The notes below the pieces were generated by a model. It ran no database searches and was not told the origin of the DNA. It worked only from the letters and a program-made list of their open reading frames with translations. Shown here piece after piece: positions 25,101-37,440 of a DNA stretch of 64,000 bases. A program made the translations under genes and the position numbers. The stretch covers positions 186,001-250,000 of the forward strand of contig NMRA01000130.1 of the NCBI GenBank assembly GCA_002633005.1, in the 5' to 3' direction. This DNA is from Phoronis australis. Taxonomy: Eukaryota > Animalia > Phoronida. Numbering within the stretch: the stretch's first letter is position 1; each line of letters begins with the position of its first letter.

Positions 25101-28100
25101 TCAGTTGTGGTGAAAGTGGTTATTTCGATTAATTCATTTTTTGTTGTTTCAGATTTTCAGAGCACAGGTCAGTTTGGATTGATCTGGTTCTATCAGTGCA
25201 GCAGTGGCTTATTACTGAAAGGGTTCCTTATGTTTAAGGATTAAATTTGTTTTCCTTACTTTTTGTCACCGTTACTGTTCAACCTTTTCATTTAATGTCT
25301 TTCCTGGCTAGGTTTTGCTCATTCGAGGGGGCCAATGAGAACGTCTGGCACGTGATGGATGTCAAGCCCAGTTCTCCCGCTGCTTTGGCTGGTCTGAAGT
25401 CCGACACCGACTACATAATTGGTGCCGATTCCGTTCTACACGAGGCAAGTTAAGGGAGAGCATTATTTAGCAAATAGTTTCTAATATTGATCTTGTATAT
25501 GTTTTGCAATCCTCTGTATCCGTTTCACTGGTATGCATTTCAAAATTTAGTTGTACTAAACCCACTGTACCTCAACTATCTTGTCGCTGGCATTTACAGC
25601 TGTAAGTCTTCTTTCAACCGCAAATCACGTGGACATTGTCGCCAGCAGGATTCTTTTCTCGTCACCAGAATTCTGTTCTCACTGACATATTTCTTCTGTT
25701 TCGTACCACTATTCAATGACTCCAGTGATAAACATGTGGTGATGAAACATTGTGTCACTAAACATAAGAACTTAAGCTGTGTTATGTTGGAAATGAAATA
25801 CATTGTTTGCGTGAAAAAGGATGTACAACAAGTTAGAAAAGGTGTGTTTGTGAGAAAAGAACACTGCTATCGAGAATGCCCATGTGATCAGTGAGAGTGG
25901 AAGACTGGCTATTCTGGTATTCAGTTTGCAGTTAAACATTTTATGTGAAGTGAGGTTGATATTAATCTCGCCTCCAGTCTCTATTAGCATTAGACTCTGG
26001 TGAGCATCTCAAAAAGGAGGCCATTAGGTCAGATTTTTACCATTGTTAGCTACAATCTGATTTTTATGTGTATTTCAACATTTCATTGAGATCATCCAAA
26101 AAGGAGTGCAATTGAAAACACTGAGCAGCAATTGGATAAATCTTTGTCTCAAAAATGTAATGATTGAAAATGAGATAATTTGAAATGTTGACACATGCGT
26201 GCAAATCAGATCGCAGCTTTGTAAGGAAAAAATTCTGACCTAATGACCTTGTTTTCTAGATGTTCATCTGTCTGATGTAGACCTGATGAGACTAGGTTGA
26301 CATTGTAACATATTGTGATTGTTAATTTTCATGTTCCAGTCTGAAGACCTGTTCACACTGATAGAGTCTCACGAGGGCAAGCCTCTCAAGTTGTACGTGT
26401 ACAATATCAGCTCCGACAAGTGCCGCGAAGTCACCATCACACCTAACAGTGCTTGGGGTGGAGAGGGAAGGTAAGGCCGGCCTCCTCTTCCCATTTGAAC
26501 TGTGTCAGTAGAGAAGTCGTCCACGCGTGAGCATTCTTCGTAAGGAGTTGCTACAAAAATTCTCAATCGGGTGGAATTACTCTGGCACTGATGCTCAAAT
26601 TATTTAACTCAAACTTCTGGAAGCATCAGCTTCTTTCTTGTCAGGAGTAATTGACTGTGAGTTTTCAGTTTTGATTTATAATTCATAGTTCAATTGGTGC
26701 ACCTGGGTGAATGACAATGATATCTACCGTCCATTCTCTGACAATGTTTCGGATTCTTTTTGCAGTGTTCCACTGCTACTGAATTGTTTAGAATTTAAAG
26801 TTATCTGAACCCCCAGCTAAACACAGTTGGGAAGATGGGAGCATTGTTCCGAGTTTTTTATCCACCCTTCCGCAAGTATTTTGCTCGTTTTGTCTGCGAG
26901 TAACTAAATGGTGCCGTGTAACTAAATGGTGTCCTGTAACAGATTGCTTTCCATTGAAAGAGGTTTTCTGTACTGTAGTAAAATTAGTAAAAATAAAACG
27001 ACAAGCATCGGTACTAAAATGTATTAAAATATTCCCCACGTTTTGTTCAGTACCGAGGCTCGTCGTTTTATTTTTACTATTTTATATTCTTGTCCGTCGG
27101 TAACTGCACGGCATTCCAGCATCTATTTGATTTATTTGTTTTCTGTACTGCGTATTATATAAAGTTGATGGGTTTCTGTTTGCATTTTTACTTGCCAGAG
27201 AGATAATGAGCTCTGTACAGCATCTTTCACTTTTGAAATTGTAAGACAAATTTTGAAAGTCTGGGTCTGAAATGAGTGCTCATAACTGTTTATTCACCCT
27301 CACCTGGTGTCAATAGGAAGTATTTGATAACGCCTATTCCATGTTTTTGTAATTTTCACGGGAATCAATTGCTGAAATGCTTTTCATTCCAGTATGGGCT
27401 GCGACATAGGCTACGGCTACCTTCATCGAATCCCTATTCACGAAGTAACGTCACCCACGCCCTCAGCACCCCCTGTTGGTGGTAGTGGTACTGGCAAGGA
27501 TGGCTTCTCGGAGGTAACGCACCTCTAACTCACAGCGCCATCTTCACTAACACCAAGATTATTGTTTTGGTTTACTCACTAATGTTCCTTTTGTTAACTG
27601 GACAGAGTTGTTCCATAGCAATTTAGTTTGATATCCATTAGTTTAAAGTGCTTAAAATCAGCAATTTCATACCAATAACACCAAAAAAAAAAAAACAAGC
27701 CCAGCAGTCGATCAGTTGTCAAATTAGAACCCCTGAAATCTTTATCTGACGATATGTTAATTAAATGATCACAAGTTACGACCTTTTATTGGTCGAAACT
27801 TACACCCTGAAATTGGGACAATCAATCACAGCTCTAGTCATACTCCATTGGGTTTAGTGTGGTAAGCCATCAGATATTGCTGCTCATTTTCCCACGGTTT
27901 ATGATAGAGTAAGGAATGGGGAGGCATTGTGTTTGTGGTCGTTATGACAACTTAGTATTTGACCATGCTGTGTCTCTTTTCACTTTCCCGCGGGCAGTCG
28001 GAGAAGCGCGGTTCGGCACAAGTCTGTACGAGAAACTCGTGTGTTGGTGGATATGACACATTGGCACTTGTTACGTTCATATTTCACACTTATATCCGTG

Positions 28101-31100
28101 AAGCTAAGAAAATTTCAATTGAAGTCGCTCTTCTTCTATTTTCCCATTTTTGTGATATTAAATTCACGGTTGTGACATGCAGTGCTACGAAGGAAAGTTT
28201 ATTGTTGCCGACAATACAAAGTAGATGGTGGTTTTAAGCACTTTAAGCTTGGATTATATCAAACCATCTAATGTCAAAGCAAGTCCTTCATTCTGGTCTC
28301 TGTGTGTCCATTTTGAATCCTATAGACCCTATTCACGCCGACAGGAGGCGCATTCCAAAACGAGGCTCGCTACGATAGCTCTGTTAGCTTATCAGCATAG
28401 TTCTGTGTTTCAGACCGTGTTGTTCCGCCAACGGCTAGAAAAAATACGGACACGCAACTGTCTGCTTCACAATCTCTAAAGACGTTGAAATTCGAAAGCG
28501 TTGGGTCGTTGCCGCGACGAAGGAAAATATGTCCGTGTAAAATTTATAAATGTTTTCGAAAAGTTAGATCATATTTTGTCGCATGTTTGTCGGTCAGTTG
28601 TTAAGCATCATAGTAACGACCGGAGAATGGGCCAGCCAGGCTGTGTTTTCATGACTACTAAAATTGTATCAGATCCCATTTTTGAGTTCGGGTGCGAATT
28701 TCTGACTAGCACACGTGCGCAACCAGGGCGGGTCTTGGGGAGTGAATAAACAACGCATACATGTAGACCCCTGCATCCCAGAGTTTAGGCTGGGCGCGCG
28801 CATCTGCCGAAATGCTGCTTATTCCTGTGCCCTGCCCCCCCTAACTGAAAAACCTGGATCCGCCCCTGCTACGGGTTGAAACATTATAATTTTTCTTTCC
28901 AAAAAGGACTTAGCCCTCAATCCCTCAAATTTGTGACCCAATATCGGCCCTATTCCCCTCTCAAACATATTGAAATATCACGCGAAATTCCCCCCACGAG
29001 GCACTGATAAAAATTCCACTAGTTCACATTACCTGTAACCACACAGGTGACAATTTTTAAGAGCACAAAAGGCTACTTTAAATTGAGGCAGAGCGTATGA
29101 GAGCTTGCAATAGGGCGGGGGTGCTATTGATGGTGATCGGGAGGTAGATTGTTCCCGCCCTCACTCGGCGAAAAAATCGCCTCTCGGTAGGCACTGGCAC
29201 CGTTCCCCTCGGATGAAAGAGGCTTCTGCAGAAACATGATAACTATGATTGCATTGTCCAGTTAACTGAAATTGAGTTCTAAAACGATGTTTTGTTTTGG
29301 ACGAACGAATTAGGTATTTTAATTTTAAAATTCAACTTGGTCCAGATTGATATTTGAAATCTAACACATGAAATAGACGTAAGAATTATTACAACCAAGA
29401 AAGCATTGATGGTCAAATAATTTTTATTTTCAATTATGAACCTGTTTTTTTATTTTAATAAAAATATATTTAATAACATCAATTATTCTTTCAGACCAAT
29501 GACAAATCAACTGTTAGTCCCAGTGAGTGCATAGGATCAGGCTATGCTTGATGTTAATGTTCTTGATCAACAAATTAAACCAGATGTGACTAATTGCACA
29601 TGACAGACACCACTGTCGAATATGTCTTCAACTCGTCAACAATACGAGCAGATGACCTGGCCCGCGTCGGAAGTATTTTGATTAACAATTTACAAGAAAA
29701 AACGTAACCCTGCATTCAGCATAATACCTAATCCGTAACACTACGATCGCCGCAATTTTTGTCATATTTACTTTTCATGTTTCGAACCTAGTTTCCTTTC
29801 GTCAGACAACTCTTTGGCGCGTTAACTTGTTCTCTAATGTAATTTTCTACGTCTCTGTAGTTAATTGTCGACACATCGTTAAAATTTAATAACCAGGTTG
29901 GACTCGAAAGACCGGCTATTTAACTCACGCAATGTCTACTTTCGCTTTGTTTATCGCAGTGAGCCTCGCTTTGGATCTTAATGGCCGCCACGTGAATAGG
30001 GTCTATGCACAAATAACTGCAACGAGCCCGCCGTCTATCTAAAATCATTTGATTTAGACCACTTTCGGCTACAGTACAAGTTTCCATTTTGATCGTTGTT
30101 CAGAGGAGAAGTGATTCTGGGCTTGAAAAGAAGTGACGCCTCCTTAATGCTTGAAGCCATGCTGGACGCATAAAATGATCCATCACCACAGTCCTACTTG
30201 TTGAGCCTAGTATCAAGCAATAGTGAAGTGTCTGCTCTTCAAACGAAAAAATCACGTTTGATTTGTGTTAGCGACAAGACGAGACATGCTTTTATGGCGA
30301 TAAATGTCCATAATGAGAGGCATTTTGCAAAAACTGACCCACCGCATCAAGTGTTCTGACCAGAATAAACAAGGCCTTTTTGTAGCTCAACATAATCTCC
30401 AAGCAAAATAGCATTGGAAGAAGTAAAGTTCTTTGCACACATTACTGAGCGTTGACCATCTGCTTTCTCTGTTGAACTAACCTCCAACATTTCCAAACTA
30501 TCTTACTGAAAGGCAGGGTTGTGCTCTCGTTCAACACTGAAAGTCTGTGGTGCCAGTTGGAACACAGCAGACTCGCGTGCAGTACAATATGGCGACATTC
30601 AAGTTTTCTTTATTTCATGAATAAATGCAAGTTGCTTTTCCACCTTGAAATATTGAACTCCTCTTCAATTCTTATTTTCGACCTTTGAACTTTGACATGC
30701 CAGTCTGCTTGTGATTGCATGAAATGTGGTGGAGGCAGTCCAATATTTCATGTAACCATTCGTTGTTTTGATTAAATAAAGTTTCCGTTTATTACACTGC
30801 TTGTAGTTTAGTTTAGCGCTATCTGTAGTTTCGTTTTAGTTCATACTTTTTTGTGTGTTCAAGAGATATTTTTCAAGTGTGCAGTCTTTCTGCATTAAAC
30901 TTATAATTGTTTTAAGAGTTTGAATTAAGTGGGACAAACTAAACTCTGACAGGTTTGAGTTTTCTCCGTGGGTATCTGGTCTTCATTTACCTAATAAATT
31001 CCCACATGCAAGCACGTGATTAAACAATTCACCAAATGCTCATTCTTGCTTGCAGGCCACAGTTGTATCTTTAATTTAGAAAATTGCTTCAAAACTTTCA

Positions 31101-34100
31101 CTTCTTTAACCAGGGTTAGTATTACCTTCATACTGTTTGTCGTGAGGGAAAGCGAATGAAGTTATGTTAGTATCCTGTTTGGCAAAAATTCATTGATTTC
31201 CGACAAAAGCTAAAAATTACAAACTTTTGATTTAGATCAGTTACTATTAAAGTGATCTCAGTTTATTCCTTACTTGAGTTAGATTCAATTTCTCGGCTTG
31301 CAAAGAATTGACAGTTTTGTTATTCCTTGAGATCTTGCTCGACGTGTAAAATGACTCGTCGTCACTAGGCAATACGTAGAGCCAGTCTTGAGCAATAACA
31401 GACTGTTAGTTACTTCAAAGCCCTGAAGTCAATTCTGATTGGACTAAGGTGCAATTTGAAATCCAGAACAGTAAGTGGGTTAAATCAAAAGGTGGTTTTG
31501 TGACAGCAGGCAGGTTTATGGCCGGTTTGCTAATCCTTGTGGTTGAGAAATTTGACGTGACATACCTGATACCTGTAGCAAATTTTCGTTACCGTACTTT
31601 ACGACTGATTTGATCATCGGGAAAAGACTACCAGAGATTCTATGGTGCATCCATTCTATGTTGATCATACGTCCAATTGTAGATTCCTCTAAGTACTCCG
31701 ACAACATCACCCAAGTACACTCCACCAGCCATGACCAATGTACCATTAGATCCCACGTTGACTACAGGTTGGTATTGTAAATAGCATTAATCTTTGTCTA
31801 TTGGAATAGTAGAATTGTAAAATGTTTCATGAATATCTTCGTGTAAACTTACACTTTTATTGATGACGACATCATGAAGATTTCGTTGTCTTCTCCGCCT
31901 TCTCAATGCTCTGTACAACCTGCTTTGACTGCGTCCAGTTAGAACTTTGCTGTGACGAGCTAAGCTTATTTGCGTAGAGTTTGAAACCCTGTGCAGCGAG
32001 TTTTAAGTATTGGGAGATTAGTCATTTCTTAAGTAAATTATGACACTTTGTACTTACAATGCCAGTTCAATGCATTTGTTCCAAGAATTGGCACACAAAC
32101 TTCCTACAGTATAGACATGTACTTTGGAGCATGTACATGAATTTTGTTGTTCCAGTAGAGTTTGAATTTTCCGTGGTGGAGAACGGCATTTCTTCTAAAT
32201 GCTCGATCGGGAGAATGGGAAATAGAGGCTACGTGAAATTATTTTAGATTGTTGTCCAATTCTGCCATAATGTTCCTGCCATCTGTCGTCACATTGTGTC
32301 TTGATGATGCTCACGTGTCGGTCTACAGTAATTATCAATATTTAAGCAGCATTCACCGAGACTGCGTTTTGCATCTTGTGACTTAACTAAAAGTGACACA
32401 TACGGAGTTCATGAGTGCAGCGTCTTGCCCTTGTACAGAATCTTGATAAATTTTGTGACAAAATAAAATTTATCAAACAAAAACTGTCAGTCTCAAGTCT
32501 TGCTTATCTCCCTGCATTTTCTTTTGACGTAACAACCACCAGATTTGCCTTGTTTTTCCCTCTCTACGTTTTGAATCCTTTTGTGCTGGGTTAATGATTC
32601 TGGGTCGTTTTCAAGTTCTCCAAGATAAGATTTTCAAAGGAATACTGAAATTTTTTTATGGTGGGGCCAGTGTGCGCCAGTGGTTAGCTGTGAAGGACAA
32701 ACATTGCTTGAAGTGTTAGGGTATTTTGTGTTTTGGCTTTTCTTCAGTAAAAATGAAAGGAGACATAAGTTATTTGACATTTGTACATTTCAGCCACTCC
32801 AACAATTCCGGTCATTCGCCCTTCGTACCCCGTCTCGGCAGCGGGAGGTAGCGTGGCTGTCGGAACAACGACTGTTCCGTTAACTGGCATAACCCCCGGA
32901 ACAACAGCAGTCCCCGGTAAGATAAAGTTTAGTGTTTGGTTACAACAGCAGTAAAATTTCCTGTGCAGGCATCAGGTTAGCGCTGCTGCAACTCAGTATT
33001 ACAGTTACTTTAAATGCGCATTCTGGCCGAGAAACTATGATATTTGACCACTGTCCACTACAAAACTGATCTCATCTTATTCTTGGTAGACGAGAAGTTG
33101 TAACTCGGCTTTTGTTCACTGTTATTTGAGCCTATGCTTGCTGCGTGAAATGGCCCACTGTGACAACTCTACTTCAGATTCACTGTTGTTATCTAACTGT
33201 GCTCCCTCAGTTATTACTTGGGAAATGTTTTTTTTTTAGTTTGTACGCATGCTACAGGTCGCATTTTTTGTCCGGACGACATGAAATTTTTATACAACAT
33301 GGACCTCTTTGAAAGCTTGCGGCCAATTACTTTTGGGCAAATTCGGACTAAACGTGGCATTGCGATGATATTTTTTTAATTTTCAAGGAACTCTAGTTTT
33401 AGGGTGCTTTAAGGTATTCTGTTGAATTTTATACGTAGATGGAATCTTGTCAAGGGCTGTCTGGAATGTGACATGTGCTTCTCGAATCATTTAAGGTTTT
33501 CCGATGACTTCTCTTTCATTTATTGCTTTCTCATGCCTTATCTCCAGAGTCCCTTGACGGATCTTTCTGAAATTTGGTACGTGGATCAAGCGCAATCCGC
33601 ATATGTTTAGACAGCTTGTTCACAGCCTGTGCAGCTTCGTTAGTGGCCTGCTGCAAAACTGTCATGCAATTAACTCTCTTAATGATTTCAGGTGTGTCAC
33701 CACTGCCCACTATACCTGGTTTGCCCCCCATATCAATGGCGGGGATGCCTCCCGTCTCCATACCCCCTCTTAACTTAACGTCTACTTCAGGTAAGACGTG
33801 CTTCTTGCCACCAGGGTACTATCCTATTTTTGCGCGAATTGTTTTAATTTTGACAATTATGATTGTATTTAACAACTCCTCGCTTCGAAATTTGTTTCAA
33901 AGTTCCAGATAGCAACTTTCAAATTGCATCATTGGGTCTCTCATCCAGAGTGTTTGGAACATGTATCAGATTGCCCGGTGCTGTCAAAATTGACCAGATT
34001 CGACAAGTCTCGCCCAATATTCATTTGTTACTAAGGAGCTCTGTATTGTAGTAGTAGTTGAAGTGGCTCAAATTGTTTTGTGGGCTAAAACCACATTTAG

Positions 34101-34835
34101 TGTCCCCCTTAAGATCATCAGCTTTATCTTGAGATAAGGATTGCGCAAAAGAGTTGCTTAAACTTAAAGGGATGTTTCTCGTGCTCTGAAAAAAAAACAG
34201 TCTTGTTTTGAGACGCAATGATTGCGCCAGTGGTCACTGAGTTTGAACGTAGTCAAATTCAATTATTGTGAGATGTTGGCTTAGGTTTTTTAAGGTTTTC
34301 GACTTTTTAAGTCACGTGTTTCCTATCTTATCTGTGGAGGAGATTACAGGCTCATAAACTTTCAAAACTTATCCCTTCTGTGCTTAGTTTTATCAATGTT
34401 AAGAACATTGGTCATGATTGCAATTGAAATTGTAGCATCGTAACTATGACAATGGTTAAGTTTACTCACATGTAACTCTCACTTTTTACAGGTCCAACAC
34501 TAGGTGGTGTGCCCCCCTTTTCCACTATGCCTACAGCTCCGCTGCCTTTTAACCCTTCACTGACCCCTGTAACCCTTGGCAGCCTACCAGTCACCACTAC
34601 TCAGCTGTCACAATTGACGTCTGCCTCCTTGACAGCCAGCCCCGCTCCTGCCCCCCTGCTTACAAATTACGCCTCTCCCCTGGCTACCACACCCTCGATA
34701 GGCAACTCACTACCACCCATTCCCCCATTGCCACAACTCCCAGAAGGATTCACCCTGCCCCCTATGAACATACCCCCTCCCCCTGCACCACTTAGCACCA
34801 TCACATCGACACAGTCTGCGACGCCAAGCTCATAA
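22165..34835 (+). CDS. GORASP2: Golgi reassembly-stacking protein (GRASP55/GRASP65 family), ~445 aa, 10 coding exons
   Basis: Exons 22165-22227, 23345-23425, 24190-24347, 25312-25444, 26340-26470, 27393-27513, 31683-31767, 32794-32916, 33692-33790, 34492-34835, with consistent phases. N-terminus [28 protein letters not shown] (myristoylation Gly2), [36 protein letters not shown], and a Ser/Pro-rich tail. Intron 4 is GC-AG. The symbol denotes the invertebrate GORASP1/2 co-orthologue. Confidence 0.95.
23859..24075 (-). mobile_element. tRNA-derived SINE, family B, copy 2
   Basis: Aligns with 2551-2757 (CCATTGCACTGATC, AGCTGAGGAGCT, CACACTGCCTCCT). Confidence 0.7.
28322..30006. mobile_element. 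~1.7-kb non-autonomous TIR DNA transposon in GORASP intron 6
   Basis: 16-bp perfect TIR ATAGACCCTATTCACG / CGTGAATAGGGTCTAT plus a subterminal inverted match (CCAAAACGAGGCTCGCTACGATA vs TATCGCAGTGAGCCTCGCTTTGG). No transposase ORF seen. Confidence 0.8.
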
Positions 34836-37016
34836 TTTGGAAGGATCCATCAGAGAATGTCGATTGTATATTTATGCGAATCTTAATATTACTTCTAAAG
34901 TTGTGTATATTTGGTTACTCCGTAGTTTGGTTCAAAACTACTGCATAGTGAAACTCGAGCATTGATGTTAACTTACAAATTGCAATAAGTCTGCTGGTCA
35001 TCTATCAAATTTCTGTATCTGTAGTAGTTGCTTTTTAACAGTTTCATGGTTTCGTTGTGTTATTCTATATCTGACTGTTCCACTGTACTTGCTGTTATTA
35101 CAACCAACTTACTTCTGACCTGAACTAGGCAGATATGATACGAGCTTAATACTTGCATTGTTTTCAAAGAAAAATAATCGGTTTAGTATTTGCTGGTGTC
35201 GTATTTGAAATGTTCGTTACAGCTGCCAAGAAGGGAAGTCATTACTTTGAGTTAACCTCACATGAAACAGTACATATCAATATGGCATTAATATGGTGAC
35301 TTTATCCAATCAGGTACTGGCCCTGTAAGGTGTGCAAATTACGGTGTAGATGACTCGGTACTTACTTAAAACTAGACATAAAGTTAAGAATTGAATGAAA
35401 ACAACTTAGATGATTATTATGAATTCATGAAGTGAAATTTTATTTAAGTTTACATGTGGGTCCAAGTGTGTTTCTATTGTGAAGGGTTGTGCCAAGGGGT
35501 GACTGCGTTATTACACCTATCATGTATCTGCATTATTAAAGCTATGTTCAGCGATGATGGACTCAGAAACGGTTAAAAGGGGACATTCTCCAACAGAAAA
35601 GTAATTTACAAAAGTTAGCAGTTAAGTGGAATCAACCCACTATTTCCACAGTAGCAGTTGAATGTGCTGCAGCTAAGCCAAAAACCCAGGCATTAAGTAA
35701 AGTTGTATTTTTAAGCACAATTTAAACGATTAAGACACTGGTCATGATTTATTTCAGTATCTGGCAGACAATGTTGACAACTGTGATTTAAAAAAGCAGA
35801 TTTTTGATATTTTATTGCTTTGGTCAAGGCTAATAGCTTCAAGTAGTCATCTCATCTAAACATTAATCTACAAAAATGGATTTTCATCGTAAAAACGATC
35901 TTGTCCCTGTAATGAACCTTAATTGGCCTTCGGTGTCATGTAGTACTTTGGGATTGCCAACTGTCCATGTTAAAACCCTGGTGCTGTTTGGGTTTTAAAG
36001 TGTAGGTCATGATACTAACTGGAAAGTGCATTGTGTATGTATGTGCTGACGTTACAGTTGTATTGAGTACTGTTTCTGTGATGTGATGTGATTTCACCTT
36101 AAGATATCCCATTTCATGCATTGGCGAATTCTGAGTGTTTTCTATGTTTATGGAATGGAGCTATTGGACGTCTTTGTTCTTGTTTTATCATATTTTAAAG
36201 TTGGCCATTTTTGTCCTGCGGAAGCAAGGCTCAATATATCTTCACTATTACTGAGTAGTTGTTCTGTCGACTTGTACTTAAGGGGACATTTTCTGCTTAC
36301 TCGCCGCCTAAAGACCCCAAAAATAAACCATATTTCTCTATCCCACAAACTGTGCCTAAACCTTTCCACATCATTAGTAGGACTTGATGATTTCCATTTA
36401 CAAGCAGAACAGGTAATCGATCAAGGTATAACCAGTGTCAACAAACAATGGTTTCGACTGGGGTGGTGGCAATCCTGACAATACTGGGTTTGTAAATTAG
36501 GATATGCGTGTATTTCCTTTGTTTAACAACTACTAAGTTGCCTTGTTCAGGTCATTGGTACACCCAGTGGGGCAATTGCCTTCACTGGAGTAAGAGACGG
36601 TAGATTAATTTAATCCTGGCTCTTGCTAGTGTTTTCTGCAAACTTGTCTACGTTTCGGCTGGCATGATAGTTTCATTATCCATTTTGTCCACTTTCTGGT
36701 CTAAGCTCACTGGGGTATGGTTGATTTGTATCTGTTGTACAGTTTGTTTATGAAACTGAAAAATGCACTTTTATAGGCAGACACTATATTAACACTGAGC
36801 TAATTAGCAGTGGACTAAACAAAGTTGGTCTTTGTGGCTATATCGGACGGGATAACCGAGGTTTGCGCTCCCTGTTGGCGGTTAGTTAAGTCAATTCAGA
36901 GGATATACGAAATGTCGTCGGGAAAATTATTAACTTTTCATCCACGTTAAACTTCTACTTAAAGTTACATTTGCTCTGTTTAGCTGGGTTAGAAACGCAA
37001 GTCAAACTAGGTCTTC

Positions 37017-37245
37017 TAGTCTGATAAAATCGTTCTCGTACTGTTTCTCACTGAAAGATTTCTATTTCTGTTACCATGGTTAAGTCGGAGGCAATGTATG
37101 CATGCACTACTTTTGAATTGGCAATTTTAGGGATCGACTGACCAACCCTAATGAAGTCTGAAGCGTTCTCTGAGACGCTGGTCGTCAGTTCTGTACTTGC
37201 TGGTGACGGAAATAGAATCCCACGAAGACAGATTTTATTAGACTA
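37017..37245. mobile_element. MITE in the probable GORASP 3'UTR
   Basis: TIR TAGTCTGATAAAATC / GATTTTATTAGACTA (14/15 match). Confidence 0.7.
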
Positions 37246-37434
37246 TAATTCGGTTTTTGTTTTTAGCTAGCTAAATACTGCTTTTAACACTAGTTGATGT
37301 TGAACAGGTGAATTTTTATTTACAAGGTTTCTCAAAGTACAGTGTAGTGATGCTTAACAGTCACAGTAGTGTTTTCAGTTTACATCTCCTCTGTACTTTA
37401 CATTGTCTATATTGCCATATTTTATTAAGGGTTA

Positions 37435-37440
37435 AATAAA
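37435..37440 (+). terminator. Candidate polyadenylation signal of GORASP (implies ~2.6-kb 3'UTR)
   Basis: AATAAA after a long T-rich tract, followed by a T-rich downstream element. Confidence 0.4.

Noticed and set aside
25487-25894. 135-aa ORF and other long intronic ORFs (36116-36478, 52630-53040, 53153-53524, 56902-57270)
   Set aside because: Non-ATG or weak starts, low-information composition, located in introns, UTRs or repeats, and no recognisable domain.
29495-29522. 28-nt phase 0->1 micro-exon candidate (TNDKSTVSP) with good splice sites in GORASP intron 6
   Set aside because: It lies inside the 28322-30006 DNA transposon and has no resemblance to the GRASP55 junction sequence. It is probably cryptic, although exonisation cannot be excluded without RNA-seq.
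32680-32883. ORF-track frame [10 protein letters not shown]... as GORASP exon 8
   Set aside because: It stops inside the exon. The real frame is phase 1 ([12 protein letters not shown]...), which is open to the donor at 32916.
36645-36690. Possible degenerate minus-strand hammerhead (ATAATGA...CCGAAACGT), and CTGATGA...CGAAAC at ~56860-56890
   Set aside because: The core box is mutated or stem II cannot pair.
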